Source: Lama guanicoe (taxonomy: Eukaryota). Taken from it: 64,000 nucleotides of DNA. Made by a program: the position numbers and the translations under genes. A model generated the notes under the pieces. It was given only the letters and a program-made list of their open reading frames with translations, was not told the DNA's origin and did not search any database. Numbering within the stretch: position 1 is the first letter of the stretch; every line of letters begins with the position of its first letter. The stretch covers positions 9,509,957 through 9,573,956 of the forward strand of contig MU053881.1 of assembly GCA_013239625.1 (NCBI GenBank), read 5' to 3'. This document shows, piece after piece, positions 1-11,477 of this stretch.

Positions 1-1525
1 CAAGAAACCAGTTCACTCCAAGAAAATGCTAAACAGCAGCCCTGCAAAGCAGGGTCGTCAGGCAGCCAGCAACCACCCAGAATGGAGCGGGGACTGGAAA
101 CAGTGGGGAGAGAAAAGGAAACAGCATCTGAACTCAATTACATCCGTCAGCCGATCAGTTTTCCCAAGGCATGGCATATTATTCAGAGTAAAAGTTAAAA
201 CAAAAAAAAAGAAAATGGAGACTAATCACAAAAAGCTTAATCATGAAAACAGAACACACGCATCTCCACACAAAGAGCTCTCAGAGCCAATCATAAACTC
301 AAAATGAAGGGATGTACGGTACAGTTGTAAACTGGCTGAAGCATCAGGAAAAAACATCCCGAGTTAATCAGAAGGCATTCTCTCTCTACAGTGAGCGCGT
401 ACCCGCAGCAATCCACTGTGCTCGTGACCATTACTCAAAATGACAACGTCGTAACTAAAATCACCATTTGTTCAAGTTAATTTCTTAAGAATCTGTGATT
501 TTCCCTCCATTACATTTAATATTGATGAATCCTAACTCCCTGGAACTTCTCTTATTTTCTGGTTATTACCATTCATTTTCCAGGATGTAAAATGAAGGTC
601 ATTAAAGTTGGACTTTTCCCTTTTTCTTTTGCATTCACCAGCATCACATCTTTCAAAGGCAATATAACTCCAATCCAGTGCTTGGCATACAATAACAGTT
701 TTACCTTTCTTTTAATATTATGTTCCTGGGAACAAAATTCAGGTCCCCTTAACTTGACCTGCTACCTACAGATACTTCTCACTTTAAGCAATAGCTACTT
801 GTTAACCAAGCAGGCTGGAAAGTGCGTGATTTTGTTAGGAAAATCCTGATCTCACTCTGACTTCTGTCAATAAAAGAGGAAAGAAGGCTCAAGAGAAACT
901 GAAAACCAGTGGCAAGGAATGGAGGAAGCTGGGGGCAGAGTAACAGGGCCGGATATGATGTTCTATGTCCCTCTTCCCCATCCCGGGCTCTGTCTTTGGA
1001 ATGTCTCATTTGTCTCAGGACCCCTTTGGAAGATAACGTGCATGGGTCTTGGAACTCAGTGCCTTCTGACTTTTTCTGGGTTCTTAAGAGTGTGTAAATG
1101 AAATTGGCTTGGGTTGCCAGAGGATTCTACGATCAAACAAATGAGACAGCCTTCAAATTTTACCAATCTTTGGATTCCAAAGAGAAAATGGACACCCTTT
1201 CTAAATTTCTGGGGAAAAATCTCTAAAACTGAGACTGCACAGAGCAGTGGCTGCTGGACTTGAATTACCTCGTGCAGTCACGCTCAGGCATCTCCCACCG
1301 CCTGGCATCACTGGAGATACGACTCTTAATTAAACACTGTAAACAAAAAAGGAGTTTTAATTCTCCACAAGATCCCTTATATTGGAGGAAGAGTTATTCT
1401 TAGATCTCATCTCTGTAGAACACTTCCCCACTCCTACTTCTTATTCGAATTTAGAAAACACTCTTTTCAGAGAGAGAATTCCAGAAAAGTTGCTCTGACA
1501 TCATCTTTAGACCCCTTCCACCCAT

Positions 1526-1680
1526 AGAAGGGGAGAGAGAAACAGAGATAGAAAGAAATGGAGAGAGAGAGAAGTAGAGAGACACAGAAAGAGAACAAAA
1601 AAGAAGGAAGGAAGGAAGAGAAAGAAAGGAAGGAAGAGAAAGAAAGAAAGGAAGGAAGGAAAAGAAAGAAAGAAGTAGAA
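1526..1680. repeat. GA-rich low-complexity tract (GAGA/GGAA/GAAA mix)
   Basis: Almost pure purine tract read directly from the sequence. Confidence 0.9.
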
Positions 1681-2299
1681 CTTAATGTTATAAAATGGAG
1701 ACAAAAAATAAGGGCTAACTGAAAAGTGAAAGGCTCCACTTGGACTGAACTGATATGGAATGGTCTCTCATGCTGGGAAAACGAGTTGAAAAGAACCCAT
1801 ACTGGGAATCAACTCCCACCATCATTGTAAAAAATATGGAGGAAAAAAAAAAAAACAAACTTAATGCCAGCTTTCAGTTGCAAATTAAATGCTTTGCCTT
1901 TGGAGAATTCACACAAAAGAGAAAAAAGGTGGGGAGTGGGAAGGCATTTCTTCTCTATTCTCTTTGAATTAGCGAAGACAGTCAACCCTTTTCTTCAGTT
2001 GGCTCATCGTCAGAGAAAGTACTGGGTGGTGAAGAAAAGGGAGCTTGCAGAAAACCAGCCTTGCCAAGTAGCACTTCAGAGGACCAGCCCCCCCCAGACC
2101 AGCAGCCTACCCCCTTTCCTCCTTGGGCGGGGGGTGGGACAAAGCAAAGATACTTATATCTTAACCCATGTATAAATTATACACGATGAACAAAGTAGGG
2201 ATGGGGCTATTTCAGGGCTCCCTAAAATAATTCCATTGGCATTTAAAACAATAAATAGGCAAGAAAAAAAAGCCATCTTTTCTTTCTAGGAGCTCATGT

Positions 2300-2500
2300 T
2301 ATAACATAAGCACTTATTGGAGAGTCTGTTGAGAAACATGTCAAAAGGGAGTAAGGCCCTCCTCACTGCCCTCAAAGAGCTGACTCCACAAAAGGGAGAA
2401 AACATGAAGCAAGAGAAAGGGCACAGCTTGGAAGAGTCAGGCAGGCCAGCAGAAAGAACAGCTGATGCTGAGAAAGACTCCCCAGAGGAGATGAGAGCTC
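2300..2500 (-). mobile_element. Degenerate L2 LINE fragment
   Basis: 'cacttattg...ctgccctcaaagagctgac' resembles the reverse complement of the L2 3' end. Confidence 0.45.
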
Positions 2501-4094
2501 ACTGCCCTCCTGGAAATGGGAGCGCGTGGCCATCAGGTTACTGTCATGAGGATGGAAGGCAGATGAGGTGCGGGAGAGGAGACTGAGAAATTCAGAATTA
2601 AAAGCCTTCGAACGCGCTGGGCCTGGAAACTCAAGGGAGAGGGACAGGCGAACAGTGGCCGAGGAGTTGACTGCAAACGTGATCCTTCCCTCCAGAGGAT
2701 AGATGAGAACGCCAGCTCCAAGAAGGTATAAACTGAACTGGCAGATAGCAGGCGATTAGAACAGAAACAGATCACTCTTCCTTGCAACTGAAAGTATTCA
2801 CACGTCTTTATGTTCACAGTCCTTTAAACACAGAGCAACTCAATAAATTCTTATTTATGTGATGCCAGCAGCAGCAGCGGTGCCTGCATAGTTTCCTTCT
2901 TTTGTTTATAGGTAGGAGGGCACAGATGCAAGTGATTTTTTTCCCTTTCTTTTCTGTCCATACCAGCCAGTGACCGCCCTTGGAGTTGCAGTGTGAAGAC
3001 AGGAACTGAAGGGTTCTGACAGTTTTACCATACACCTTTTTATTCACAGAGACTTCTAATCTTGAAACCGGTTCTTTGTTTTAAATCAGGCCGCTATTGA
3101 TTAACTGTGAGACCCAGCACGGCTCACTGGGGGCTGAGGTGGGGTACCCACTATGGAATTAGGACAGTTAAACACTGAAATCGATCCTTCCTTTCTCCCG
3201 CTGCTGCTGCTGGAGCAAGCAGTTTCTCTAAGCTATTAATTTTATTATTAGCACACCTGGAGGCATTGCTTCCCTCGGGGGAAAAGCAATTCAACTGTGT
3301 GTGCTACAAGGCTGGTGGCGAGTGATCAATGACACAGCTGGGATGGGGCCCGGAGGTACGTCCTCTCCTCACCTATTTGAAAGGTGGGGGTGATCTTTCT
3401 CGCCAAGTGGGGGACACAGAGTAAGACGGTGTTTCTGACTTCCCCCCTGCAGTCTTTCAGCAAACTTTGGTTACCCAATATCTTTTTTTTTTAAAGAAAA
3501 TATAAAAAAGAGAAGTCCTCTGAATTCTAGCCTTAACTCTCGCACTTTACTTAGTGGCTTCAAGCAAGCCAGGTCCCCGATCTAGTTCCGGGGTGAAATG
3601 GTGAACCAGAAGGAAGGATGAGACACACCTAGACCATCAGAAGTTGTCAACTGGTTGCTCACAGACTGACTCTCTTTTCCAGCACATTACTTTCAGCCAG
3701 CGTGATGTCAGCCCTGCCTGGAAACTGCGTGCAACTTTTGAAAACAGAAATTACTGTCCAACTTTCAGAAAGCAGGATACTTCATGTGAGCATCTGGATA
3801 TCCGGTTTCTCATTAGAAAACCAGATGCACACACAACACTGAGCCTCTATGGCTTATTGTGCAATTAATGGAGTTGAAGAGCGACGGTCCCTTTTAGAGA
3901 AGGCGCGGGCTCCTGGGGATCCCCGCATCCTCGCTCAGCTCCCATCACCTGCTGCTGTTTACCTGCTCGGCCCCCCATGCGGGGGTACTTTGCAGTTTCT
4001 GGTGGAGACCGTCTCCACAATAATAATTTAAATCATCTGAGAGTATTCTAGTACAAATAACTCCCTTCTCAGACCACTTAAAAGTATTTTCCCT

Positions 4095-4192
4095 CATTCT
4101 TTTTCTTTTTTTCTTGCTCCTTGCTCCTTTTTCTCTCTCTCTCCTTCTTTCTCTCAATTTCTCTCCCTCTCTCTCTGTATACAGAGAGGAAC

Positions 4193-4235
<43 letters not shown>
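4095..4235. repeat. CT-rich tract followed by compound (GATA)n(GACA)n microsatellite
   Basis: Direct reading; GATA/GACA units at 4193-4235. Confidence 0.9.
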
Positions 4236-4674
4236 TGTAGATGTCAATACAGATGTATCATATTTCAGGAAGAAACAACTGTTTAGCAAAAGTCCATTGC
4301 ATAACCAAGAACACAGAAAGAGAACCTGGTGTATGTCCAAGCAGACGTCACTGTTTGAAAGGTGTCTAGAGGACCGCGTTGAGGTGGCCCAGCTTATGAT
4401 TATATGGATAGATACTCATCTGTTCTTATGGGGTGCACCATAGTGAAGTCATTGCCAGGGAAGTCCCAGGACACAGTTTATTCATTTTTCTGGTCCACGT
4501 TCTGATGTTCTGTCCGCCTAGGGTGGCAGGGAATGTGCGGTTTACAGTGAGGAGCAGGTTTCGCTCACAAGTAATCAATAGACTGTGTTCTGCCAGCACC
4601 AGACAAAAGTATTCAGAAGGTCACGGACCCTTGTAATCCAATTTCTATATCCTCCAAAGACTGACCCTCTCTCC

Positions 4675-4730
4675 CATTCTTTTAACAAATGTTGATTGAG
4701 CAAATGCTACGTGTGAGGTTCTGTTACAGA
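4675..4730 (-). mobile_element. L2 3' terminal fragment
   Basis: 'cattcttttaacaaatgttgattgagcaaatgctacgtgtgagg' matches the reverse complement of the L2 tail. Confidence 0.6.
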
Positions 4731-4777
4731 AACAAGTGATGGATTGGCTTCTAGCAAACTGTGCTGGAGGAGAAACC

Positions 4778-4865
4778 TGTGCTTTGAAAGGTGAGTTTGG
4801 GTCCTGGTCTTGCCACTTTACTGTGTCTTTCTGGCAAGTTACTTAATCTCTCTGATTTTATACAT
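4778..4865 (+). mobile_element. MIR SINE fragment
   Basis: MIR core 'tgccacttta ctgtgt...ggcaagttacttaatctctctg'. Confidence 0.7.
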
Positions 4866-5169
4866 CTTGCCTTTTACAAGGATCACTAGTAAAAATGGTC
4901 CCAATAATGTCCATCTCTAGTAGAGTAATAAAAAAAAAAGAAGCAGCTGCCCCATTCCTTGGTGAATCCCAGTGGCATGTCCCAGAATTTACTGCCAACC
5001 TTGGCATTCAGGATCCAGAATCGATCAACTGCTTCACGAGGTGAAACACACAATAGACACAAGAGGAGTGTGAGTTACACAGTCAGTTATACGCACTAGT
5101 GAGGATTTCACAGTTGAGATTTTTTGCACTTATATGTATTACATTAAAAACTGTGACTAAATAATAACT

Positions 5170-5338
5170 GTATGGAACAAATGAGGCATAAATGAAGGTA
5201 TAGATAATACAATAAGTAGAATGTTATTAATTTTTGAACTTGGGTTATGGGTTTATGAAGGTTAATTATTCTATTCAGTTTATTTTAAACATATTTAAAG
5301 TCTTTCACATTAAAATATGTTCAATGATTAAAAAAAAA
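5170..5338 (+). mobile_element. Ancient L1 (L1ME-like) 3' end
   Basis: 'aatgttattaatttttgaacttgggttatgggtttatgaaggttaattattctatt' followed by an A-rich end. Confidence 0.55.
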
Positions 5339-5423
5339 TTGGTAGCCAAATACAGAGGTGCATGTTAGATGGCAGAAAGCTCAGAAAAATAAGAAAACAG
5401 AAAGAGTCATTTATGAAGTTTTT

Positions 5424-5689
5424 GGAGGGAACTCTAATTCAAAAAGATGTATGTATTCCAGTATTCCTAGCAGCACTATTTACAATAGCCAAGACATGGA
5501 AGCAGCCTAAATGTCCATCGACAGAGGATTGGATAAAGAAGTTGTGGTATGTTTATACAACGGAATACTACTCAGCCATAAAAAGAATAAAATTATGTCA
5601 TTTGCAGCAACATCAATGGCCCTGGAGAATGTCACTCTAAGTGAAGTAAGCCAGAAAAACAAAAATGCCATATGATATCACTCATATGT

Positions 5690-5760
<71 letters not shown>

Positions 5761-6078
5761 GAAAGAAAGAGAGAGACACTATGAACTCATCTACAAAACA
5801 GAAACAGACTCACATAGTAAACAACTTTATGCTTACTGAGGGAAAAGGGGTGGGAAGGTACAAATTTGGGAGCTTGAGATTTGCAAAAGTTAACCACTGT
5901 ATACATAAAATTTTTAAAAAAAACAAATTTCTTCTGTATAGCACAGGGAATTCTATTCAATATCTTATAACCTTAATGAAAAAGATTATGAAAATGAATA
6001 TATGTATATATGCATGACTGGGACATTATGCTCTACACCAGAAACTGACACAATGTAACTGGCTCAATTAAAAAAAAA
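5424..6078 (+). mobile_element. 5'-truncated lineage-specific L1 (ORF2 C-terminus, 3' UTR, poly-A)
   Basis: ORF 5362-5640 translates to L1 ORF2p C-terminus (AALFTIAKTWKQPKCPSTEDWIKKLWYVYTTEYYSAIK); 3' UTR homologous to the copies at 9744 and 10245; A9 tail at 6070-6078. Confidence 0.95.
5691..5770. repeat. (GAAA)n microsatellite, 17 perfect units, inside the L1 3' UTR
   Basis: Direct reading. Confidence 0.97.
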
Positions 6079-6097
6079 TTGTATCAAGAAACAAAGA

Positions 6098-6200
6098 CTT
6101 AAGCTCAGTGTCCCCATCTAAACAGTGGAGACAAAAATAACATTCAACTTTGGGGATCCGTAAGGATTAATAAGAAACTGCAAAGGAAGTGTTTCTCACA
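6098..6200 (+). mobile_element. MIR 3' half
   Basis: 'ctcagtgtccccatctaaacagtggagac...gtaaggattaa'. Confidence 0.6.
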
Positions 6201-6853
6201 ACCAACATTTACAGAGCATTACTATTTTTACACCTTGTGTTGCAAATGTCAGTACCTCCCAGGGATAATGATCCCTCCTAAATTGGGTTTGCCCAGAGAC
6301 CAAAAGCTGGAGTATGTGACCTTCAAGAGCTGCTCCCTGTCCCAACCCCCGCCCCTTGTTCCTTCTCACCTTCATTAATCCTTGACTCAAAACTCAATTT
6401 CAGAAGAAGGGGAACAGCTTTCATAAAGTCACAGGTGCCTCCCATGGAAATCTCTTCCACATTCATAATTCGGTCACTCCACATGCTATCTTAATAGTCT
6501 ACAGTTCCAGTAATAAAGACAGGTTAATTTTGCATTAGATGAGCTTTCATGTACATCTAGAAATCAGAAACTAGCTTATGTGTTCATTAGTGGAAATCTT
6601 GCCTAAAGTGGGTCATGCCGAAGGAGAGGAAATTCAGAGACTTTGGGAAGAAAGAGGTGTTTTGCCTCATGTGTCATCCTCTGTTATTTATGATGAGTTG
6701 GATGGTTGTGAATCAAATAAGTCTGATGCGTTTTCTAATGTTTCACTGGTACAGAACGGGATGAGACATCACCAGGGAAGCGGCTTCTGCCATGATGTTG
6801 GTATGCTGTGTTCAACTGTGGCGGGGTGGGGGGTGGGGGAAGAGCGCTGCTAT

Positions 6854-7316
6854 TGTTGCAGAAAAACGTGTTACAGCTCAGTTGTGAGAGCAACCTGGAT
6901 CTGGGCGAGAGACCAAGCAGCACTGGCAAAGTTGGAGAACTCAGGTTTATTAAACCAGCGGGCCCAGAGGAGTTAACATTTCAAGCTCTGGACCCCATCT
7001 GTAGGTTTACACAGGCTTTTATAGGCAGCCAGTTTATACTTTGCAACATCATATGCAAATAAAGTATAACAAAAGTTGACTAATTATGAACAAGCTTTGT
7101 AGAAATGGACCAATCAGGAGGGAGAGAAATAACCAATCAGGAGTGAGCTCAGGGAACCAACAGAATTTTGGGGGTAAGTTCCACTTTCCTAGAAGTAAGC
7201 CATTTCAGAGGCAAAAAGTGAGAGCCTCTGGGCCAGGGAACCAGATGGTGCTGGCAGGGAGTAGTGGCCCTGCCTGGGGGTCCTGACGGTCTTTTTTTAT
7301 GGGGCTTCCCACCTCA
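6854..7316 (-). mobile_element. Intact solo LTR, ERV1 (gammaretrovirus-like) class, 463 bp
   Basis: TG...CA termini; 4-bp TSD CTAT at 6850-6853 and 7317-7320; on the minus strand CCAAT-type boxes, then TATAAAA (~7017-7023), then AATAAA (6946-6951), in U3-R-U5 order. Confidence 0.9.
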
Positions 7317-9181
7317 CTATGGCCTCATTACCAGTGAAGTAACCCCTGGTGTAACCTTCTGAGTTGGCACAAAAGCAAGGAGCCACCCTTGGCAGTGACT
7401 TGTTCTTCTCTAGAGATGTCATGCAGAGAACTTGGGCTTGAAATGAGACAGCCCTGCAGCTGGCTTCTGGCGGTGCTAATAATCTTGGGCAAAATGTCTC
7501 ACTATTGGGAGCCTCAGTGTCCTCGTCCAGAAAAATAAAAACAGGAACGTCTAGGACAAATAAAAGGCGCCTGGACAGCACACCACACTTCTGTCAAATG
7601 CGATCTAAATCAACGCATTCTTTGGGAAGGTCCTCGAAGAGCAAACACCCAGTAAATGATTATTCTGAGGGCAGTTACTGTCATCAGCAGCATTTTCACT
7701 GTCACTGCTGTCATTAAACGTGGACATGATCCAGAATTATTTTTATAGAGCTCATAGCCTCGAAAACCTGAGATAGAAACAGTAAGAGGCTCAAATGACA
7801 GGATGAACTTCAAAAGTTCAATCCACACCCACAAAGAGGTCTACCTCCCTGGGGCCTCAGACTCTGCCTAGGGTTAGAAGAGCTTGTATGTGAAAATGGA
7901 GAAGCCATTCCTCTATGTTGAGAACAATGTGTTTGGCTTTTTTGTTTGTTTGCCCCCACCCACCCCCACCTTCCATCTGATGCAAACTGTGTGGTAGAGA
8001 GATTTCCCCAGGCTGTGTACAGAGGAACGGATTCACGGGCTCCACTGAAAGGAAGCTAAAACGCTGAAGAAAACAGAGGTATCGTCTGCCTAAGTGTCCC
8101 AGGTGTACGTGGGGAATCGGATTCACGCTTCCATTTAACAGTCGCAAGAACTGCACACCGACAGTGATTTCCCAGGGGTACCAGGCTGCAAATATACCCC
8201 CAGGTGTCAGGAACACATTGTAGAGCGTTGTCTGTCTTTCCTGAAGACAACTGCAATGTCCGAGTTTTAATGGCTTGAAAAGAATAGGAACTGACATGAA
8301 AATGACACCTGGGGTGAACAAGATAGATGAGTTATTTTCCACACTCCTCCCCCCATCAGCAGGACTCTCCCCTTTGAGAGAAAAGTGTTCAGTCTGTGCT
8401 TCTATACTCTGGTGGCTGCTCAGACACAAACGTAGGTGTTTTCCAGTCCTGATCTTGAACTTGTACAAAAGGGGAACTGGATCCCATATAAGCTGTAAGA
8501 TGCCTCTGCTGCCCCCCCTTCCCCCTAAACCCTACATCGACTGCAGGTATTTATGTCCTACAATACTGTTTTCCTTTCTTCCTTCAGCTTCCCATGATGT
8601 CAGGCAGGTACAGAGAACATCCTTACCCACTGCCGTCATGAATAAGCTCCACATTCATACAACCCAGAGGGTCAGAAGTCATCACTACCTAGGACATCTC
8701 AGCAAAGGGCTAATGCACTGCAATTTCCCAGCCACGGTGGGAATGGCTCAAGACCAACAGGAGGGAACGGGTCTCCTTCTTCATTACCCTATTTCAGTGA
8801 TTCGATGACAGACCACATCGTAATCTGATCGGTTCTGATACGCGTATGCCGGGCTACAAGCCTCCAGAACCTGTTTCCACTTCACTGCTCTGCCCCTGGT
8901 TAGCTGTGGGCACGTAGGGAGTTCCCTTATCCTGCCTAGACCTCAGTGTCCTCACACATACAGCAAGTTGAGACAGGGAATTAAACAAACAAAAAGTCTG
9001 CACATCTTTCACCAACACCAAGCCACTGGTCGTAGCTGTAGGGGGGTCACCATGTTGAATGGATTCTGGTGTTGCAATCCAGACTTGGCAGAAAAGCCAT
9101 GACGGTTGACTGGTGCTGCCTGCACTGAGATGAGAGAGAGGTTGGGGGGGGGGCAGCGAGAACCAGCTTTGCTCCACCTAG

Positions 9182-9230
9182 CTTGGACCCCCAAAGGATG
9201 GACGTGCCTTGGACCGCCAAAGGATGGATG
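9182..9230. repeat. 26-bp-period tandem duplication (CTTGGACC[C/G]CCAAAGGATGGA[C/T]G)
   Basis: Two copies starting at 9182 and 9208 with 2 mismatches. Confidence 0.9.
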
Positions 9231-9743
9231 TCAAAACAAATGATCCAGCTTGAACAATGAGGGCTTTTGAAGGATTCTTCTTGAAAATAAAATGTTTGCT
9301 TTCACTCCTGTGAAGCCGTGTATGGGTGCTGTTCACAGATGTGGTGACATGTCACGGTGCCAGCAAGATCACTTTCCCTGTGCCTGCTACATTATCATGT
9401 TTCTTTTGTGTGAAAGAATCAGCTTCCAAGTATTAAGAGGCAGAAGAATTGCTCACAAGTGATGAGTTCCATCTACTTCTTCAATGCGTTGTAAGCACAC
9501 CTAAACAAACTGCCTGTCTGATGCCACTGGGAGTACACTTGCAAGTCTCTGCAGCAGATTATGTCATCACGGCACTTGTTTCCTGGTACCACACAGCCCT
9601 GTACAGACGTGCCACGGCTTGTTTTTGCAGACCCTGCAGAGGCTTTCACTGCACCCCTTTCTCAAAATGAGAATTTTCTCCTGTTACTAACATGCAAGAA
9701 AATGAATATAAAGTGCCCATAAGGCTTATCAAAACCTTGTCCT

Positions 9744-10221
9744 AAATAACACCCTTTGCAGCAACATGGATGGATCTGGAGATTGTCATTCTACATGAAG
9801 TAAGCCAGAAGAGAAAGAAAACTGCCATATGATATCACTTATATGTGGAATCTAAAAAAATGACACAAATGAACTTATTTACAAAACAGAAACAGACTCA
9901 CAGACAGAGGAAATAAACTTACAGTTACCAGGGGGAAAGAGGGTGGCAAGGGATAAATTAAGAGTTTGAGACTTGCAGATACTAACTACTATATATAAAA
10001 CAGATAAATGACACGTTTTCTACTGTACAGTACAGGGAACTGTATTCAATATCTTGTAGTAACCTATAATGAAAAAGAATATAAAAACAAATCCATATAT
10101 ATTTGTATGACTGAAACATTATACTGCACACCAGAAATGGACACAACATTGTAAGCTGACTATCCTTCAATTAAAAAGAATTTAAAAAATAAATAAAGTT
10201 TTGCAGCCATGCCAAAAAAAA
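9744..10221 (+). mobile_element. 5'-truncated lineage-specific L1 3' end
   Basis: 'tttgcagcaacatggatggatctggagattgtcattcta...' ORF2 end plus 3' UTR homologous to the 5424 copy; A-rich tail. Confidence 0.93.
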
Positions 10222-10244
10222 TACAACACAACAATTCTATTTGA

Positions 10245-10508
10245 ACAAACTTATGGTTACCAGGGTGGGAAGAGGTGGGAAAGGATAAATTGGGAGTTCG
10301 AGATTTGCAGATACTAACTAATATATATAAAATTGATTAACAGTAAGTCTACACTGTACAGCACAGGGAACCATATTCAGTATCTTGTAGTAACCTATGG
10401 TGAAGGAGAATATGAGAACAAATACATGTATGTTCCTATGTGACTGAAGTATTGTGCTGTACACCAGAAACTGACACAACATTGTACACTGTACTTCAGT
10501 AAAAATAT
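10245..10508 (+). mobile_element. Second L1 3' UTR fragment with TSD
   Basis: Homologous to 9915-10175; flanked by TTCTATTTGA at 10235-10244 and 10509-10518. Confidence 0.92.
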
Positions 10509-10694
10509 TTCTATTTGAGTAAATATGTTCTTTTCACTGGACTTCTATCTACCTTTTTGTGGTTGGTCTCTGACCCTTTTGTTTCTACATACACAAAATA
10601 TTACATTTAGCAAGAAACTACTATGAGTTAGATCGAGGCTTTAATTTAATTCTTTTATCAAGGGAATGCTTGAAGCAGAATTGTGGATGACAAG

Positions 10695-11304
10695 TGTATT
10701 AGTTTTCTATAGCTGTGTAACAAATTATCACAAACTTAGCAGCTTAAAACAAACCATGTATTATTTCACAGTTTCTATTTGTCAAAAGCCTGGGCGTTGC
10801 TTAGCTGGGTGCTCTGCTCAGGGTCTCACAAGACTAGAATCAAGGTGATGTCTAGACCTAAAGCCTTATCTGAGACTTGGGGTCCTCTCCAAGTTCATGG
10901 ATCATGGGCAGAATATAGTTCCTTGTGGTTGTAGAACTGAAGCCCTCAGCTCCTAGATGCCACCTGCAGTTTCCTGCCCTTTGGCTCTCTCCATAACATG
11001 GCACTTTGTTCCTTCAATGAGAAGAACAAGCTCTCTGCTTTCCAGGTCCTTATTTTAAAAGCATCAGCTGATTAGGCCAGACCCACTCTTTAAAATTATT
11101 TGAAAGGCAACATACTAGAGACTTGAATTACATCTGAAAAATCCCTTGCTTCTGCCACAGAAGGTAACCTAAATATAGGCATGAACTCTCATCATATCCA
11201 CATGTCCCACCCACACTCAAGGAGAGAAGGAGAGGGTATTACACAGGACATATACAGAAGAGGGTGGGGATCATGGAGATTGTCTTAGAAATCTATCTAC
11301 TTCA
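10695..11304 (-). mobile_element. MaLR solo LTR (MLT1E/F-like)
   Basis: Starts 'tgtattagttttctatagctgtgtaacaaattatcacaaacttagcagcttaaaacaa' (reverse of the MLT1 3' end) and ends '...gtcttagaaatctatctacttca'. Confidence 0.88.
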
Positions 11305-11418
11305 AGCATATGTGAAAGCACATGGATGATTATCTACACGAAGAAATGGAATCCTCGACAAAGCATTCCTGGAATGATCAGAAATACAGTCTTCAATCAA
11401 TCTCATTCTCAAAAAATA

Positions 11419-11477
11419 ACATATATATATATATACACACATATATATATACACACACACATATATATGTATATATT
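11419..11477. repeat. Compound (TA)n/(CA)n microsatellite
   Basis: Direct reading. Confidence 0.9.

Noticed and set aside
1467..1739. Phe/Leu/Ser-rich 'membrane-like' ORFs
   Set aside because: Translation of the GA-rich simple repeat
5362..5640. 92-aa ORF with protein-like sequence
   Set aside because: It is the L1 ORF2p C-terminal remnant, frameshifted at its end and fused to flank; not a host gene
7857..8808. Longest ORFs (203 aa on -, 177 aa on +)
   Set aside because: No recognisable domain, overlapping on opposite strands, no clear splice structure; consistent with chance ORFs
9182..9230. Short direct repeats as a possible CRISPR-like array (also 41330 and 57319)
   Set aside because: Only 2-4 adjacent copies with no unique spacers, in eukaryotic DNA
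9741..9752. AAATAACAC as left TSD of the L1 at 9744
   Set aside because: It aligns to the L1 body itself (compare AAATTATGTCATTTGCAGC in the 5424 copy)
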